Origin: Phoronis australis | Taxonomy: Eukaryota; Animalia; Phoronida | Assembly (NCBI GenBank): GCA_002633005.1 | Contig: NMRA01001000.1 | Coordinates: forward strand, 9,590 to 73,589 | Direction: 5' to 3' | DNA length: 64,000 nucleotides | Translations under genes and position numbers: made by a program | The notes under the pieces: model-generated | Database searches by the model: none | Told to the model about the DNA's origin: nothing | The model's input: the letters and a program-made list of their open reading frames with translations, nothing else | Shown: positions 51,098-63,917 of the stretch, one piece after another | How the letters are laid out: every line of letters starts with the position of its first letter | Position numbering within the stretch: the stretch's first letter is position 1

Positions 51098-54000
51098 ATG
51101 GCCAATACAGGTACATGAAGTTCTGGGTAATACGTAGGCTACGTAGGCAATGACCATCGTCTCTGTTCGGGCCAACAGAGGCGATGGTCATTGCTTAGGT
51201 AATACGCAATGTAGCTTTTGTCGCATGTATTCCCATCATTCATCAATCAGAATCAGATACACTCCACCATTCCCTTACCGGTACTGCATTAGAAACTCTG
51301 CCCGTTTCGCGACATCTTTGTCAGTAGATTTGTACAAGTCCCCTAAGCCTAACGTAAAAATTGATGTCAGGTACTATTGGGTGTAGTAAGCCAATATTAA
51401 TGCATTAACGTTAACTTACGCGGCCATTAAACAACAATGAGAACACCCTACTCCCTAGCCAGGCCTAGAAATGTCTAAATTTGGCCGTTCCGAATGTTCG
51501 TCATATCTGATAAATGGCGGATTGGGTTCATGTGAAACTTTCAGACACTGTGCTTTATGCACTGTCAGGGGCGGATCCAGGATTTTGAGTGGAGGGGGNA
51601 ATAGCCAGGATTTTGCCCGTCAGACATTTGCACCCCCGAACTGCCAAATGGAATCTGGGAGAATTTTAGGGGCGCCATGGCCCCCTTGGCCCCCTCTAAA
51701 TCCGCCAATGACTGTTCTCCAAAAGCAGTAAGGAATTATTGGCCCACTTTTACATGAAGGGCAAACAAAGGTTGGACTTTTATAAAAAAATACAAAACTG
51801 CATAAAATGAAAACAAAATGTTAACTTCGTAAAATGTAACATCATTTTGGTATCCTTAGATAATTTCCCTGATGTGTTATAGTTACATAATGTAAGCCAG
51901 AACATCCTGATGGATGAATTCTCAATGTCCTTTACCTGTAGTGTGTAAGTTGACATTGTTTTCATTTTTTTCAGTTTCCATCAACGATTTGCCAGATTTT
52001 ATTCAAGAAAAAATTTTCCTCAACCTTCACTTTAAAGATGTATTGATATGTACTCAAGTCTGCTCACAATGGAAAGATGTCATTGAAAACAACGTGTTTT
52101 GGAAGAGATTCATTGGAAAATGGTTTGATGTCACAGCTTCAGACGAGCTGCTGAGTCAGAGTGTTATAAATTTCTGGAGAGACCCCGAGGCATTCGTTCC
52201 GTACTTTACTGATGAGGGCGCTCCAAACTGCTGGGTGTTCAAACCGTATCCTGTGGTCTGGGGTTGTGGTGTCGCAGCCCCAAGGGACTTCTCACCAAAT
52301 GAAACTGACAACTCCAAAAGTGTTGCTGTGGCCCTGAGCAAGTTGGCTGTCATGTCCAAAGGGTAGTTATGCCATTGATCAGTTTGTGTATAAAATATCT
52401 GTGTGTCAATCCTTTGAAACTTAGACGCTTGCTTTAATGAAATTTCATTGAATTAAATAAGTGTGTAATCAAGAAAATTGAAGATTTTATGATAACACCC
52501 TAAGTGCTTAAATGGTACCTTTTTGACCTTACTTTTAAGGAGAGTCATTATGTGTATTAGTAACATGAAAACTTTGACTATATACTTGACTACATGCATT
52601 TTTCGGTTGATGCTACTTGAAGAAGTTTTTTATTTTGAAATTTGAAATAAAGGTATATCCAACCAGTGAAACTTTGGGGTATGCCACTGTTAGCATTTTG
52701 GAGTGTGCTTCATTAGTATGTTATTGTTAGCATTTTGGGCAGATTGCATTAATATAATTCCATTATGGGGCGTTTTTCATTGACGATATTGGTGGCATTT
52801 TGGGGTATGTTTGGTTCATTGGCATTCCAACCTTGTTCATCAGTTTATCCATTTCTCTGCATAATCACTTAGATATTCTTTTACAGCATTTCAAAGTTTG
52901 AATGCATTGCCACCGCATGCGGCACTGAAGGAGATGGTATTTTACAGACAATCCTGATGCCTTGGGATAAACAGTGTATGCCTAAACCTGTGAGTGATTC
53001 ACACAACAATTAAACATCCACATGTTTAAGGGCTGATGTTTCAACTTGCATGTCAGTTAGTATATCCCCATATGGTGGACAATGGCACTGGATCAGAACA
53101 CGGGGTCTGTTTCTATAGTGGCGAACGTTCTGCTACCTGACCGAAATTTGCGTGTGGCCATTAATATTATGTGTCTTTGTAAATTCCTTTAGCATAGAGA
53201 ATGACTTGCTTGAAGCTAAGGACGAATTTTCTCTATTTTCATTTTTTAGCGAGATAATAACATTGATTTGCCTTCTTCAGGGATTCGATTTCATGTTGAT
53301 GTTCGTCTTTAGTGACGATGTCAATGACAGTTGACTTGTCGAATCATTGCAACATCAGTCAGAATTGACTGTGTAGGTTGAGTTTGAAAAGTAGGTATTG
53401 TTTGTGATTATCTGGGGATAAAGTGAGAATTGTTTGACTCCAATAATTAATTAATTATGCAACAACCATTGGTTAACACAAGTGAAGTCTGCTATTGTGA
53501 TGTGTAACTGTGCCATGTTACACAGCCACCTAAAATTATAATAATTCTCTTACGTAACAATTGGCTTACAAAGACCACATGCTTTTGCCAATTCACATCA
53601 TTAGCTGTCGGTTTGCCTTGAAATATGAGGTCGTCCACCCTTGTCATGACCTGTATCGTAAAATAGTAACAAACTGTTGTCCACAAACAAGTTTGTATTA
53701 TGGAGTAGACTACACTATTATGTACAGTGATAAAAATTTTACATACTAATCCCACAGATAAAATTTAATATTTATTTTGATGATGACGTGCGACATGGAC
53801 AATCTCAAAATTGATGTGTTTGTTTCAGGAAGACCTGGAGAATATCTTTCATATTAACCCCGAAGTCATGGATTATGACTTCAACTACAGCTATTCTGAA
53901 CTTACTGCTTCACTATTGTATGGCACGTTTGGAATGAGAAACCTTATTGGTCTTACCATCGATAGTGATTATGATGATGATGAGGAAGAGGAGGAGGATG

Positions 54001-54885
54001 AGTAAGTGTATGACCACCAGGTGTCGCTGAACAGTGTTTTGCTGTTTTGTGTAGTCAGAAGCCATCTTGAAGAGCAACACTGAACACTGAGGTCATTCTT
54101 TTATAAATCTTACAAACAAGCACATAAACGAATAAACACATTACCAAAATATACTGTTTTCAGACAGAGCATCATATTTCAATTTTTTTTTGTCTTTAGT
54201 TACCTCAAAAATGTCCTTTCTTGCCTGGTAATATCTCATCAATTTAGGACCTTGAAGCTTACAAGTGAAGTTTTATTTTCTCATTTTTGCTGAAGCATGT
54301 AACACTAAAGTAGTGCTTTACCATGTGGAAGCTGTGTAGCTTAGCTACCATACCACCTGACATTGTTATTATTATTTGCAGACATTCACAACAATATTGA
54401 CAGACCTTGCAGAATGAAAATAGAACAATTTTGACAAGTTGTTCAACACTGATGAAGTTGCATCTTCAACACACCATAACATCACATATCAGTGTCCTGT
54501 GCCTGTTGTCATTTTATTTTATTATTCTATGTCAGTCTCTTTATAGTTATATGCATGTAAATGCATATTTTCTGCTCAAAGTGTAATTAGTCTGTCAAAT
54601 TAGTTGAAATGTGTTTCTTTATGATCATGCAGAGATGAAGAGGGGGAGGAGTGTTGTAAAGATGACGGAGGTGATGATGAGCAGGTCCCACGCCAGGTGG
54701 CGTCGAGAAAGACAAAACTGAAGGAAGAAAAGCGGGACTTCCAGCAGTGGTTATCAAAGATCTTTAGTACATCAAACACATATTTTTTTGGCAATGAACT
54801 GATGAATCCTGTGATATATTTCCACCTAACCAAGCTGTCGCCTGGTATTATAGGGGGAATCATTAGTGCGTTAACTTTCACTTGA
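51098..54885 (+). CDS. F-box protein with NuiA-like C-terminal domain, paralogue 3 (5 exons, 309 aa)
   Basis: Exons 51098-51110 (MANT), 51975-52362, 52887-52989, 53829-54001, 54633-54885; canonical splice sites, open frame of 930 nt; exon 3 GISKFECIATACGTEGDGILQTILMPWD; ends GIIGGIISALTFT*. Confidence 0.88.
51566..51710. mobile_element. CAGGGGCGGATCC-family MITE, 5-bp TSD
   Basis: caggggcggat / atccgccaatg; TSD actgt (51561-51565, 51711-51715); empty paralogous site tatgcactgttttcaaaaagc at ~37076. Confidence 0.85.
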
Positions 54886-57800
54886 ATATGAAGCAAATAC
54901 CCCTGACTTGGGAGTATTTCAATATCAGAAACATGCTTATTAGTATCGCTCGTCCACTCAGTGGATTTAGGCAGATGTTCTCGTTGTGGGGCACGTCGTC
55001 CATCTATGGGTTTTGGTGACGTTTTTGGGATAAAGAACGATTCAATTTTTGCAACTGACCAGTATATCCAGTAGTAGCTATATTAAGCCACTTGTAGCCA
55101 ATGAGGCTACTGTACTATACGCTCCCAAACGTCACATTGTTTTCACAAAATAATTTAGAACAAAGAATGGGTCAAACCCATAAAAATGTGGCTACTGATC
55201 AAAAAACATTTCATTGTAGGATTCATTGAGTGTGGTAAACTAGTATGTTGATAGGTGGAGTAACTGGTTTGGTGGCCATTATTTTGTATGGCAACATCCA
55301 GGTGTGTTTTATCTTACAGACATCTGGTCACCTCATTTGTTCATGTAACCACGTAATGTTAATTTCAGACAGAAACATGACGTTACTTTGTAATGTTGGA
55401 CATCAAAGCAATTTCCTCGAACCATTTCTGATTTTGAGAACTGGGCTTCGTTTCTTGTTCTTCCATTTTTTGTAAAGATTCATGAGACTCGCCAGTTGCT
55501 GATTTTCACATGTTGTTTGGCAGTTGTTCTTGTGGTCTAGCCACGTGTGAATAAATTTGATGGAAGTCTGTCATAAGTGCATGAAGATGATTTGTATGTC
55601 AAGTTTGCCCTGGGTAGTGCAATAGGTGCCTGTGTGTAACACAATACCTGCTGTTATTTTGTATTGCTGAATTCACTACACATTTAAGGAATCGGCTTTT
55701 TTCTTGCAATAAATTATTTTTCAGTTATTTGTATATGTAATGGTAAAATTTCATCTTGTATTATATTTTTGTTATCTTTGTAGCCTTGTCCATTTAAAAT
55801 AAAAAGGTTTGTTATGAATTATCTCAGTTCTAGTTTTTGTTTAAACCGAAAACATTTTTTTGTTCAAATGTGTGTAATGTCTTTCTTAATGTGCAACACT
55901 TGTATCACAGTTATGATTGCGTTATTGACATTCCAATTATTCTGTTATAAAGATGTGGATTGTGTTCTCCATCTTTCTTAATAGGTGGGAAATTTATCTG
56001 CCCAAGAGTCTATATGAAAGGATGAGGCTCATGGAATTAATCCCAACAAAAAGGTGTTGTCGGTGCAAAACCCTTCCTTTTCATGGAACCTCCCTATCCA
56101 CCCACTTTGTGGATATCCTAATTTTCTAGCTGCATCCCATCAAAATACTGTAGAGTACCCCCCTGGCATTGTTGCAGTCATGGCTTACTGAACCAGCTTG
56201 TTGAGATGTAGTTCCCTGTATGCTAACTTCGGTAAATTGTTCAAGAGGTATGTAGTTAGTAGAACTTCCATGAGACAAAGAGGGCCGTTTCATCGAGGAT
56301 TCTCCTCCCAGGCTGGCTAGGGATGATAAAGTGAGCTGCCTATTTGTTCCACTCGCAGTCAGATAGTTCTGTTAAAAAGACACTCTGTGTGAGTAGGCTC
56401 CCGACGATGGATTCAATTTGGTTCTCACCTGTCTGTATCAATGTCTCTTCTCTTGGGGCACGTGGCCTATTGCCACCCCCCTCCTTGTAAATACGCCACT
56501 GGCAGGAGCAGTGGAGGCTAAACAGTCTCTTGTTCACATAGAGAAACTGAATTGTGCTGTAGATATTTTATGTAGCATAGTCGAGTGCTCATCTTCGATA
56601 TACATGTATTGTACGTTTGAGTCGTCGAAGTCGTAATTTCTCCTTGCCTTTACCAAACGTTTATGACATATGTAATTAGGCTACTTGCCATTAAGACAAA
56701 TGACAAAAAATTACCGCGTGTGAGCTACATTTCACTCGTTCACATTTTGAAGTGAGTTTAAACAATTTTTGGAGAGTCGAGATTTAAATTAATGGAGTGA
56801 ATCAATTTAAAGAAATAAAGGCGAACGTGAAATAATTGTTGCACTGAGCGCATGGATGCAAGATTAATCGAACCTTCGGATCAAATTGCCATTTCGCACT
56901 CGAGTGCTTTGAACTATAGTTTTACTTTACGACTCCACCAGTAAGATACACATTTCACACAACGGGCAACTTAACCTGACCGCTTCTGCTCGCTCAAAAA
57001 GGGAACGAGATCTAGACTGTGAAAAGGGGGGGGGGGGAGCAGTCACCATTTTTGAAGGGAAAACCTTCGCGAAAGTCCTAAAAACCGTATGTTTTCCTCA
57101 TTTTCGCGAAGTCGCCTTCATAGGAGTCCTTCCCAAATACGCCTTTGCTACCTCTACACAAAGCACGCAGTATAACCTCAGTGTCATATGCACGTGGGAA
57201 GCCAGCACCACTGATTCACGAAATCGGTGTAAATAGCGAACCAAATTTAATTCAGGCCGTTTAAAGAACACATTCGAAATTGTTGAAGGTTGAACTTTTG
57301 TTTATACACCCGGTATACATTTGTACAGACACAATGATCGTAGTTCGAAATATCTTCTCCGAGCGACTCCACGCCGTTCACGTTTGCGGCACTTTTATCA
57401 CCATTTTCATGATCTACAGTAATCATCAGTTGGGTCGCAGCCTGTCGCGAATGCCGTTTTCCTGTTCGATGATGTACCCGTGGTTTTCAAACCGGTCTCT
57501 CAACTAATTGTCCCGAGTTTCCAGTATTGGAGGCAAGCTGGTACGTGTACTTAAAGCATACATGTAATCTTACTAGGCCCTACTACAGTCAGTGTCACTG
57601 TGCCTCTTGACCTCAGTGAGAAGACCAAGGATATGGAAGAACGGCAGTAAACTTCTGTGTTCCAACAATATGCCAATTTGATTCTTCCAGTCTAATCATA
57701 AAAAATTCTTAATTTGACTGTTTAAATCCACTGGTATGCTAATACTTACGTCAATCGTACGACAATTGTTGACGTCATGGTTTTCATGCGTCACTTTTAG

Positions 57801-58468
57801 TGCATGAAAGCAGTATGCCGTGAAAATGTTCAATCCGTTCTGGCTTTGAAGGTAAGGCAGATTAGACTTTCATCCAAGTTTAATTTTAAATTTAACATGT
57901 CTCCGGAACAGAACACGTTTCAGAACAGAAGCCAATGTACACTTGGACACATTAGACTTGAACGGGGATGAGTATCACAGGATGATTCACTAAGGTTGAT
58001 ACAAGATCTATGAGGTCGCCACTGTCTTTCCACCGTGGTCACGTGCTTGTGGTCTCCAGGCACGAATAGTTTGTGGTGCAGTATAAAACTGCATTTGAAC
58101 TTTTCTGTACCATGATAGAAAAAGGGCTCCTTCAATACTATCCTTGGAAACCTTGGGCAAACCACTTCCTGAGTCAAATTCCACCAGTTTTGATAAGCTT
58201 TCTTGTTACTTGGCCTCAACGTTTTCTTCAGCCTCGGTCAGACAATTACTGAAGTTACACCAGCTGACAAGGGTTTAAATGCCGTGTTGCTTTAGCATGA
58301 CGAGACGCAATTTTGTAAAAGTTGACAATAACGCAAGATAGCATTGATGCAATAAAGAGGAACTTCGGGAATATAAATGGACACACTTATCATATCGACG
58401 ATTTGAACAGATTGTTCTCCGCTTAGGCCTATACTGTACGTACGTGGACAAAAAGTAAAGGCATGCAG

Positions 58469-61328
58469 TTAAAGGAGAATGCCACCCGATTTAATTAGTT
58501 TTTGTTAACGTTTTAAAGGAGAATGCCACCCAAAAAACGACCTATTTTGTATCAATTTAGATCGAGTAGTTTCACTCGATTACAGCAAGTGCAGTTCTTT
58601 TACCTGACACCTGACGGCAGACGGAGGTATTGAAATTAACCAATGACGTCAAAGGTTTAAACGCAATCTGTTCAGCAGTTCCCAACACGCTTACTGGTGC
58701 TAGCTTATGGCTTGAATTCATCGGTTTACATAAAAAATTCAACAAATTTCGATGTAAAACTCTTACAAATACACAGAGTTCTTGAACAAACGTGTTGTTT
58801 TATTTCGCTGTTACGGATTTATAAGTATTTGAACGTACCGTAGCCTACAAAGTTCGGTAGACCAATTTACCAAGGCCGGTCGCAGGAGTTTGGGGCCTGT
58901 TCGGTAATAAATTCGAATTATTCTTCCGTGAAATACAGACAGGAGAGCACCAAAAGACTATACCAGTGAGCCAAAGAAATAACGTGCACGTGATTATTTT
59001 GGTGAATTAGCCTAGAATGACTGCGAATCTACTTACTAGTCGGGGGCCGTGAAGTCAGGTTCCTTTTCCACAGAACCGTAACAATGATTCGAATAATGTA
59101 TATGTATATCTAAATAAAGATTCCCCTAACATCTGACCATAGGATATAAAACCGAGTTATTGTTCAGAGGCGGATTTAGAGAGGGGGCCAAGGGTGCCAT
59201 GCCCCCCTAATATTCTCCCAGATTAAATTTGGTAATTCGGGGTGTAAATGTCTGACGGGCATAATCCTGGCTAATACTCTGCCCCGCCCCCAACTCAAAA
59301 TCCTGGATCCGCCCCTTGTCCAGGTTTTGCAGCACTGGCTGGAGCATACTGAAGAAAGAGACATTACGTAGTAAGTTTTGTTTGAGTAGACACGACGAGT
59401 ACGTGCGGCCGAAATTAATAAAGTGATTAACTCGAACCAGTCTTTAGTATATCGTCGAAAGCTGCTAAACACCGGTCAGCGATAACCTGTGTCCGCCCAT
59501 CCACGGAGTAAACCGTGACATGTTCATTATAAAAATTGCAAACAGACGCGTGCCGACTAAGAACGTTTTAGGAATGAAACGGATAAAAAGACAAATATAG
59601 ACGGCACACCCATATATTAAAACCGCAATTTATTATTTTTTTCTTTTCATTCATTTATTCATATCATTACTACAGTGCAATGAACGTAAGGTTTTCATAA
59701 GCTCATTCATTCACACATTCCGATGAGAAAACCAACCAGTTTCCTATCTTAAGAGTGCAGTGCACTTCAGACCAGACAAAAAGCCATAAGTGGGTGATAC
59801 ACCCTATGTCACGGATTTGGATCATACTATGCGGTGCAGTTTACTTGCTTATGTTATATTACTAAAATGTAGTTTAGAAATTCCTACTCGGAAAAGTAGC
59901 TTAAAAGTCTGGCACATCAGTTTTCACTCAAAATCAGTGTCAAATTTTACCATGAAATCCCATTTTTTGTGGTATTTTAAAAATGATAGAAGCTGCGGAA
60001 CAGTCAAATAGTTTGTGTTTTGGATTAACTCATCCATGGTCTCAGTAATAATAATAAATAGAAATTGGAATTGCCTGAATTTGAGAAGATAACGGGGTCT
60101 AAGAAGCAAAAACACAGGAAACTTACCCAATTTGAACGTGCGAATCGAGAAACAATCCTAATAAACTTCAGCACGTGCATTATACTCAAGTAAATAACCC
60201 CGGCATAAATCCTGAAGGTTACTGGAGAGATACACTGAGTCGACTTATTCAGTCGACTTATCAGTATTTTGAACTCGGAAGACGATTTGTGTGCGTTAAA
60301 AGATTGCTCTTCGTTATCCGTAGGTGATACTCAAACATTAAACTAAGACCGTGAGTTATTTTTAGAAATGACATCGCTTCAGTTTAGAGAACGTTTCCGG
60401 CTGTAGCCCAGCTTCAGTGGAAAACTCTAATTAAAGTTACTCAGCTACTTTGAAATTTGAACGCACATCTTAGCCGAGTACAAAGATTTCATCGCTTACT
60501 TCTTTCCGAGAAAGATCTAAATGTCGTCTTGTTTTTTACGCTGACATTTTTCTCCGCGATAGTTCTACGTTTCAAACACTCACTGACGACTGACGCTTGC
60601 GTTTGCTGCCACGAAATTCCGCAAGTGAAACGCCTTCTTGGAGAAGCGGCTGGTGTGTCTCACGGACCATCCAGATTTTGCCATTACGGCGTTTTCCCTT
60701 TGCTCCCAACTTGTTCGACTCTATAGCCCAACAACAAATTGGAAAGATGACCCCGTAGCCAATATCTTATACGACTGATTAACTCCATTCTGGCAGTCAT
60801 GGTTGGAGGGACAGATCTCTTTTGTTCGATTAATGACCCTAATCTCCAATAAGATCATATCTAGCCTGACTGGGCTGTGCTGTTAAAAATAAAAGTTAAA
60901 TTATAACATATTTGAACATAAACCAATGGCATTTCTGAAATCCTCGTCAAATGGTGATCATGTTTAGTTTTTCAATCGCCAAAATCGCCCAAATCCAACC
61001 GAAGTTATGACAATCTATTCTTCGCTGCTGCCAGTCCCCTCCGAAGCATTACATACGGGCTCTCGAGGAAATCGGAAAAATAGACGATTCACCCACTTTC
61101 CTCGCAGCTTCATAGTTTGCACAAGCGGTAACGATGCATCACACCATAGCGGCACTCACTCTGCAGAAGAACCACTGACGTCGCTGCGTCGATCGTTTCT
61201 CACCTTCGTCACAGGTTAACGAGACACCTCTTGGGGAGGTAAGATCGACCGCTTACGTGGTGATGTAGATAAAGAGCGATTAAGACAGTAATAAAAGACT
61301 AATTAAATCGAGTGGTATTCTCCTTTAA
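58469..61328. mobile_element. Kolobok-like non-autonomous DNA transposon (TTAA TSD, AGG termini)
   Basis: ttaa|aggagaatgccacccgatttaattagt at 58469 and actaattaaatcgagtggtattctcct|ttaa ending 61328 (25/27 match); a second ttaaaggagaatgccaccc at 58513. Confidence 0.65.
59165..59318. mobile_element. CAGGGGCGGATCC-family MITE (reverse orientation)
   Basis: cagaggcggatttag..aaaatcctggatccgcccc; reverse-complement similarity to 51566-51710. Confidence 0.75.
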
Positions 61329-61362
61329 TCGGTCTATATTAACCAGCAAGGAAGGTGGGTAT

Positions 61363-62625
61363 ACGACGCTGCGACGTCAGTGGTTCTTCAGTGACTGTGT
61401 GCCGCTATGGTGTGGCGTATAATTCCTGCTTGTGCGAATCATGAAGCTGCGAGGAAAGCGGGTATATCGTTTTTTCGATTTCATCGAGAACTCGAAATGC
61501 TTAGTACGTGGTTCCCGGCAGTAAAGACCGAAAAGTAAGCCGAAAAACCGAGTATGAGGCCGTAAAACATCTCCCTATCTCTGGCCGATAAAGCGGTTCT
61601 GTTTCCAAATGATTTTCACCCTAACCAATGTTTATGTAGAACTGAAACAAGTGTTAAAGTCTGTCTCAGTAGTTACAATTTGTAATGCCACCGAGTGTTC
61701 GTGAGTGCAAATGTTTTGAGAACAATGAATAAATCATACTACGTTACAGGCTTCAGATGCAATAAAAATTGATCACGCGCCGTGTGAGCGCCTGCTAATT
61801 CAGTGTTTGCTGACAGAAAGCTGTTGTGAAACTATGACTTCGATTTTATATGCTATAGGAATCTTTATTTAGATAAATAAACATCATTCATGTTATTGTA
61901 CACCTTTTCGCTATACGGTTCTTCGGAAAGGGAACTTGGCTTCGCGGCCCCCGATGAGCGAGTAGATTTGCAATTTCGCGGCGAATTCATCAAAACATTC
62001 ACGAGCACGTTATTTCTTTGGTTCACTTGTCTAGTCGTTTCGTGACTGGAAGTTTAGTTTTCAACTTTCGCTGCCGACTAACCCGACTGGTTCAAGTTTG
62101 TAATGTCTCCTGTTCCGAGCCACTGCCGGGTTATAACGAGAGTTTTGTGTTTAGAACACATGAAATTCGTAAGTCTAAAATTACAACGCGCGGCTATGCT
62201 CTCCTCAGTGTCTGTATTTTACGGAAGAATAATTCTAATTTGTCACCGAACACACTCCAAACTTCCGCGACCGACCTCGGTAAGTTGTCCTACCCCGGCG
62301 AACTTTATAAGCTACTGTACCTTCAAAATTTCTATAAATCCGTAACACCAAAATAAAACGACTCATATGTTTAAAAACTAAATGTATTTGTAAGCGTTTT
62401 ACATCGAATTTTGATGATTTATTGGTGTAAAACAACGAATTCATGTGGTAAGCTTACACCAGTAAGCGTCTCGTAAATTGCTGAGCAGTCTGTGTTAGAA
62501 CCTATGACGTCATTGATAACTTCAGCACCTACGTCTGACCTCTGGTGTCAGACAAAAGAACTGGACTTGCTGTTATAGAGTGGATCTACTCGATCTAAAT
62601 TGATACAAAGTACATTATTTTGGTG
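61363..62625 (-). mobile_element. Inverted, diverged partial copy of the 58513-61192 repeat
   Basis: 61363-61525 mirrors 61025-61192; 61830-62620 mirrors 58540-59160. Confidence 0.7.
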
Positions 62626-63156
62626 CCATGCGTGCCGTTAGTGAAAATACGTTAATCTGAATTTCGGAATTTTATGTTTATTGGATATTCCAACTGTCCC
62701 GTGCTAGTGCAGTGTGCTGGCTACTACGCTCTATCACGACGTTATGCATGCCCCTAAAACGGGTCGTTTTGGCACTCATTTTGCTGCCTTGGCTGACCGC
62801 TTTCTACCCTGACATGTGGCTAGAACCCCGAGTAACCTGGCTTATGGTATGAGTCTAGATTGCCGATAATAGAGAAGTGGCTCATTAAAGTAACGAGTGA
62901 AGTAAACAGTTAACGCAGCATCCAGCTTAAGCACCAATTACAATAAACTTTACACCTGCACCTTCATTTTATTTTCCCCTTCTTCAAGCAATTTACATTT
63001 AATATATGTACACAACAAAGACTTAATTGTTGCAAAACATACAGAGAAGTGCAGCTTATTTTAGAATAGAAAGCGTTTGTATTAAAAGTGTTAAAAGCGC
63101 TCAAAAAACTGAGCTTCTGATTATGTCCGCCAGTAGTGGATTATGACGTGGGTATT

Positions 63157-63917
63157 CTAATCTCCACAGGCATTACAGCATATGAAATGCCGCCACCGTG
63201 AAGCGAAACTTTGCGCCTGCAGAGAGGAAGTGGTAGACTGCTTGCAGAAGTGACTGTTTTGACTGAATCGTGATTTCAAACGTTTGAAGAGTCCCTCACG
63301 TTTCGCAACATTTGGATTATCCGTAAAGTCATAGTCCTCTGAAACAGAAGAAACAACATCAAGAGGAAGATGCGCGACTTCTTGACGTCTTCTGGACGAA
63401 TGCCCTCAGTGGTGAATGGATTGTTGGTACTTTGCAATCTTGTTTTGCTTTCCTTCTTGCATTCAGTGTCCAGTGCGTTATCTCGCGCAGTAAACGATGA
63501 ATCACACTGCGGAAACGTCGCAACAAGAGATGGTATGTCGAACTCAAGACGAACATCATCAACCACCCCTGATTCATTCTTGGCTTGAAGATTTGTCGCT
63601 ACAACCTCGTCCTTAACAGTTACGGACATTTCAGTATTCTTTGAAAAATGCAACGTTGTACATGTATGCGAAATGGGATCGTGAGGCCAGGCGGCGACAC
63701 CACAAGATTTAAAAATGTCTTGTCGAAAATCTTTGCGGTTGATGTTCTCGTCAGCTTCGGTTATGGGGATGCAAGTGTTTTGTAAAAGATTTGCAGCAAA
63801 AGAAGAAATGGCATCTTGAGGCAACTTTGCGAAACTGTGCATTGTGTCGTCCTCTGGACTTATAGCTTCGACGCATCTTGATGTGCAGCACACAGTCTCA
63901 ACTATAGCACACATCAC
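63157..63917 (-). pseudogene. Unknown protein-coding exon, apparently frameshifted and interrupted by a repeat
   Basis: 213-codon ORF 63276-63917; a shifted frame from ~63381 reads EVAHLPLDVVSSVSEDYDFTDNPNVAKREGLFKRLKSRF..RWRHFICCNACGD* (stop 63157-63159); minus-strand AATAAA near 62970; no recognisable domain. Confidence 0.4.
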
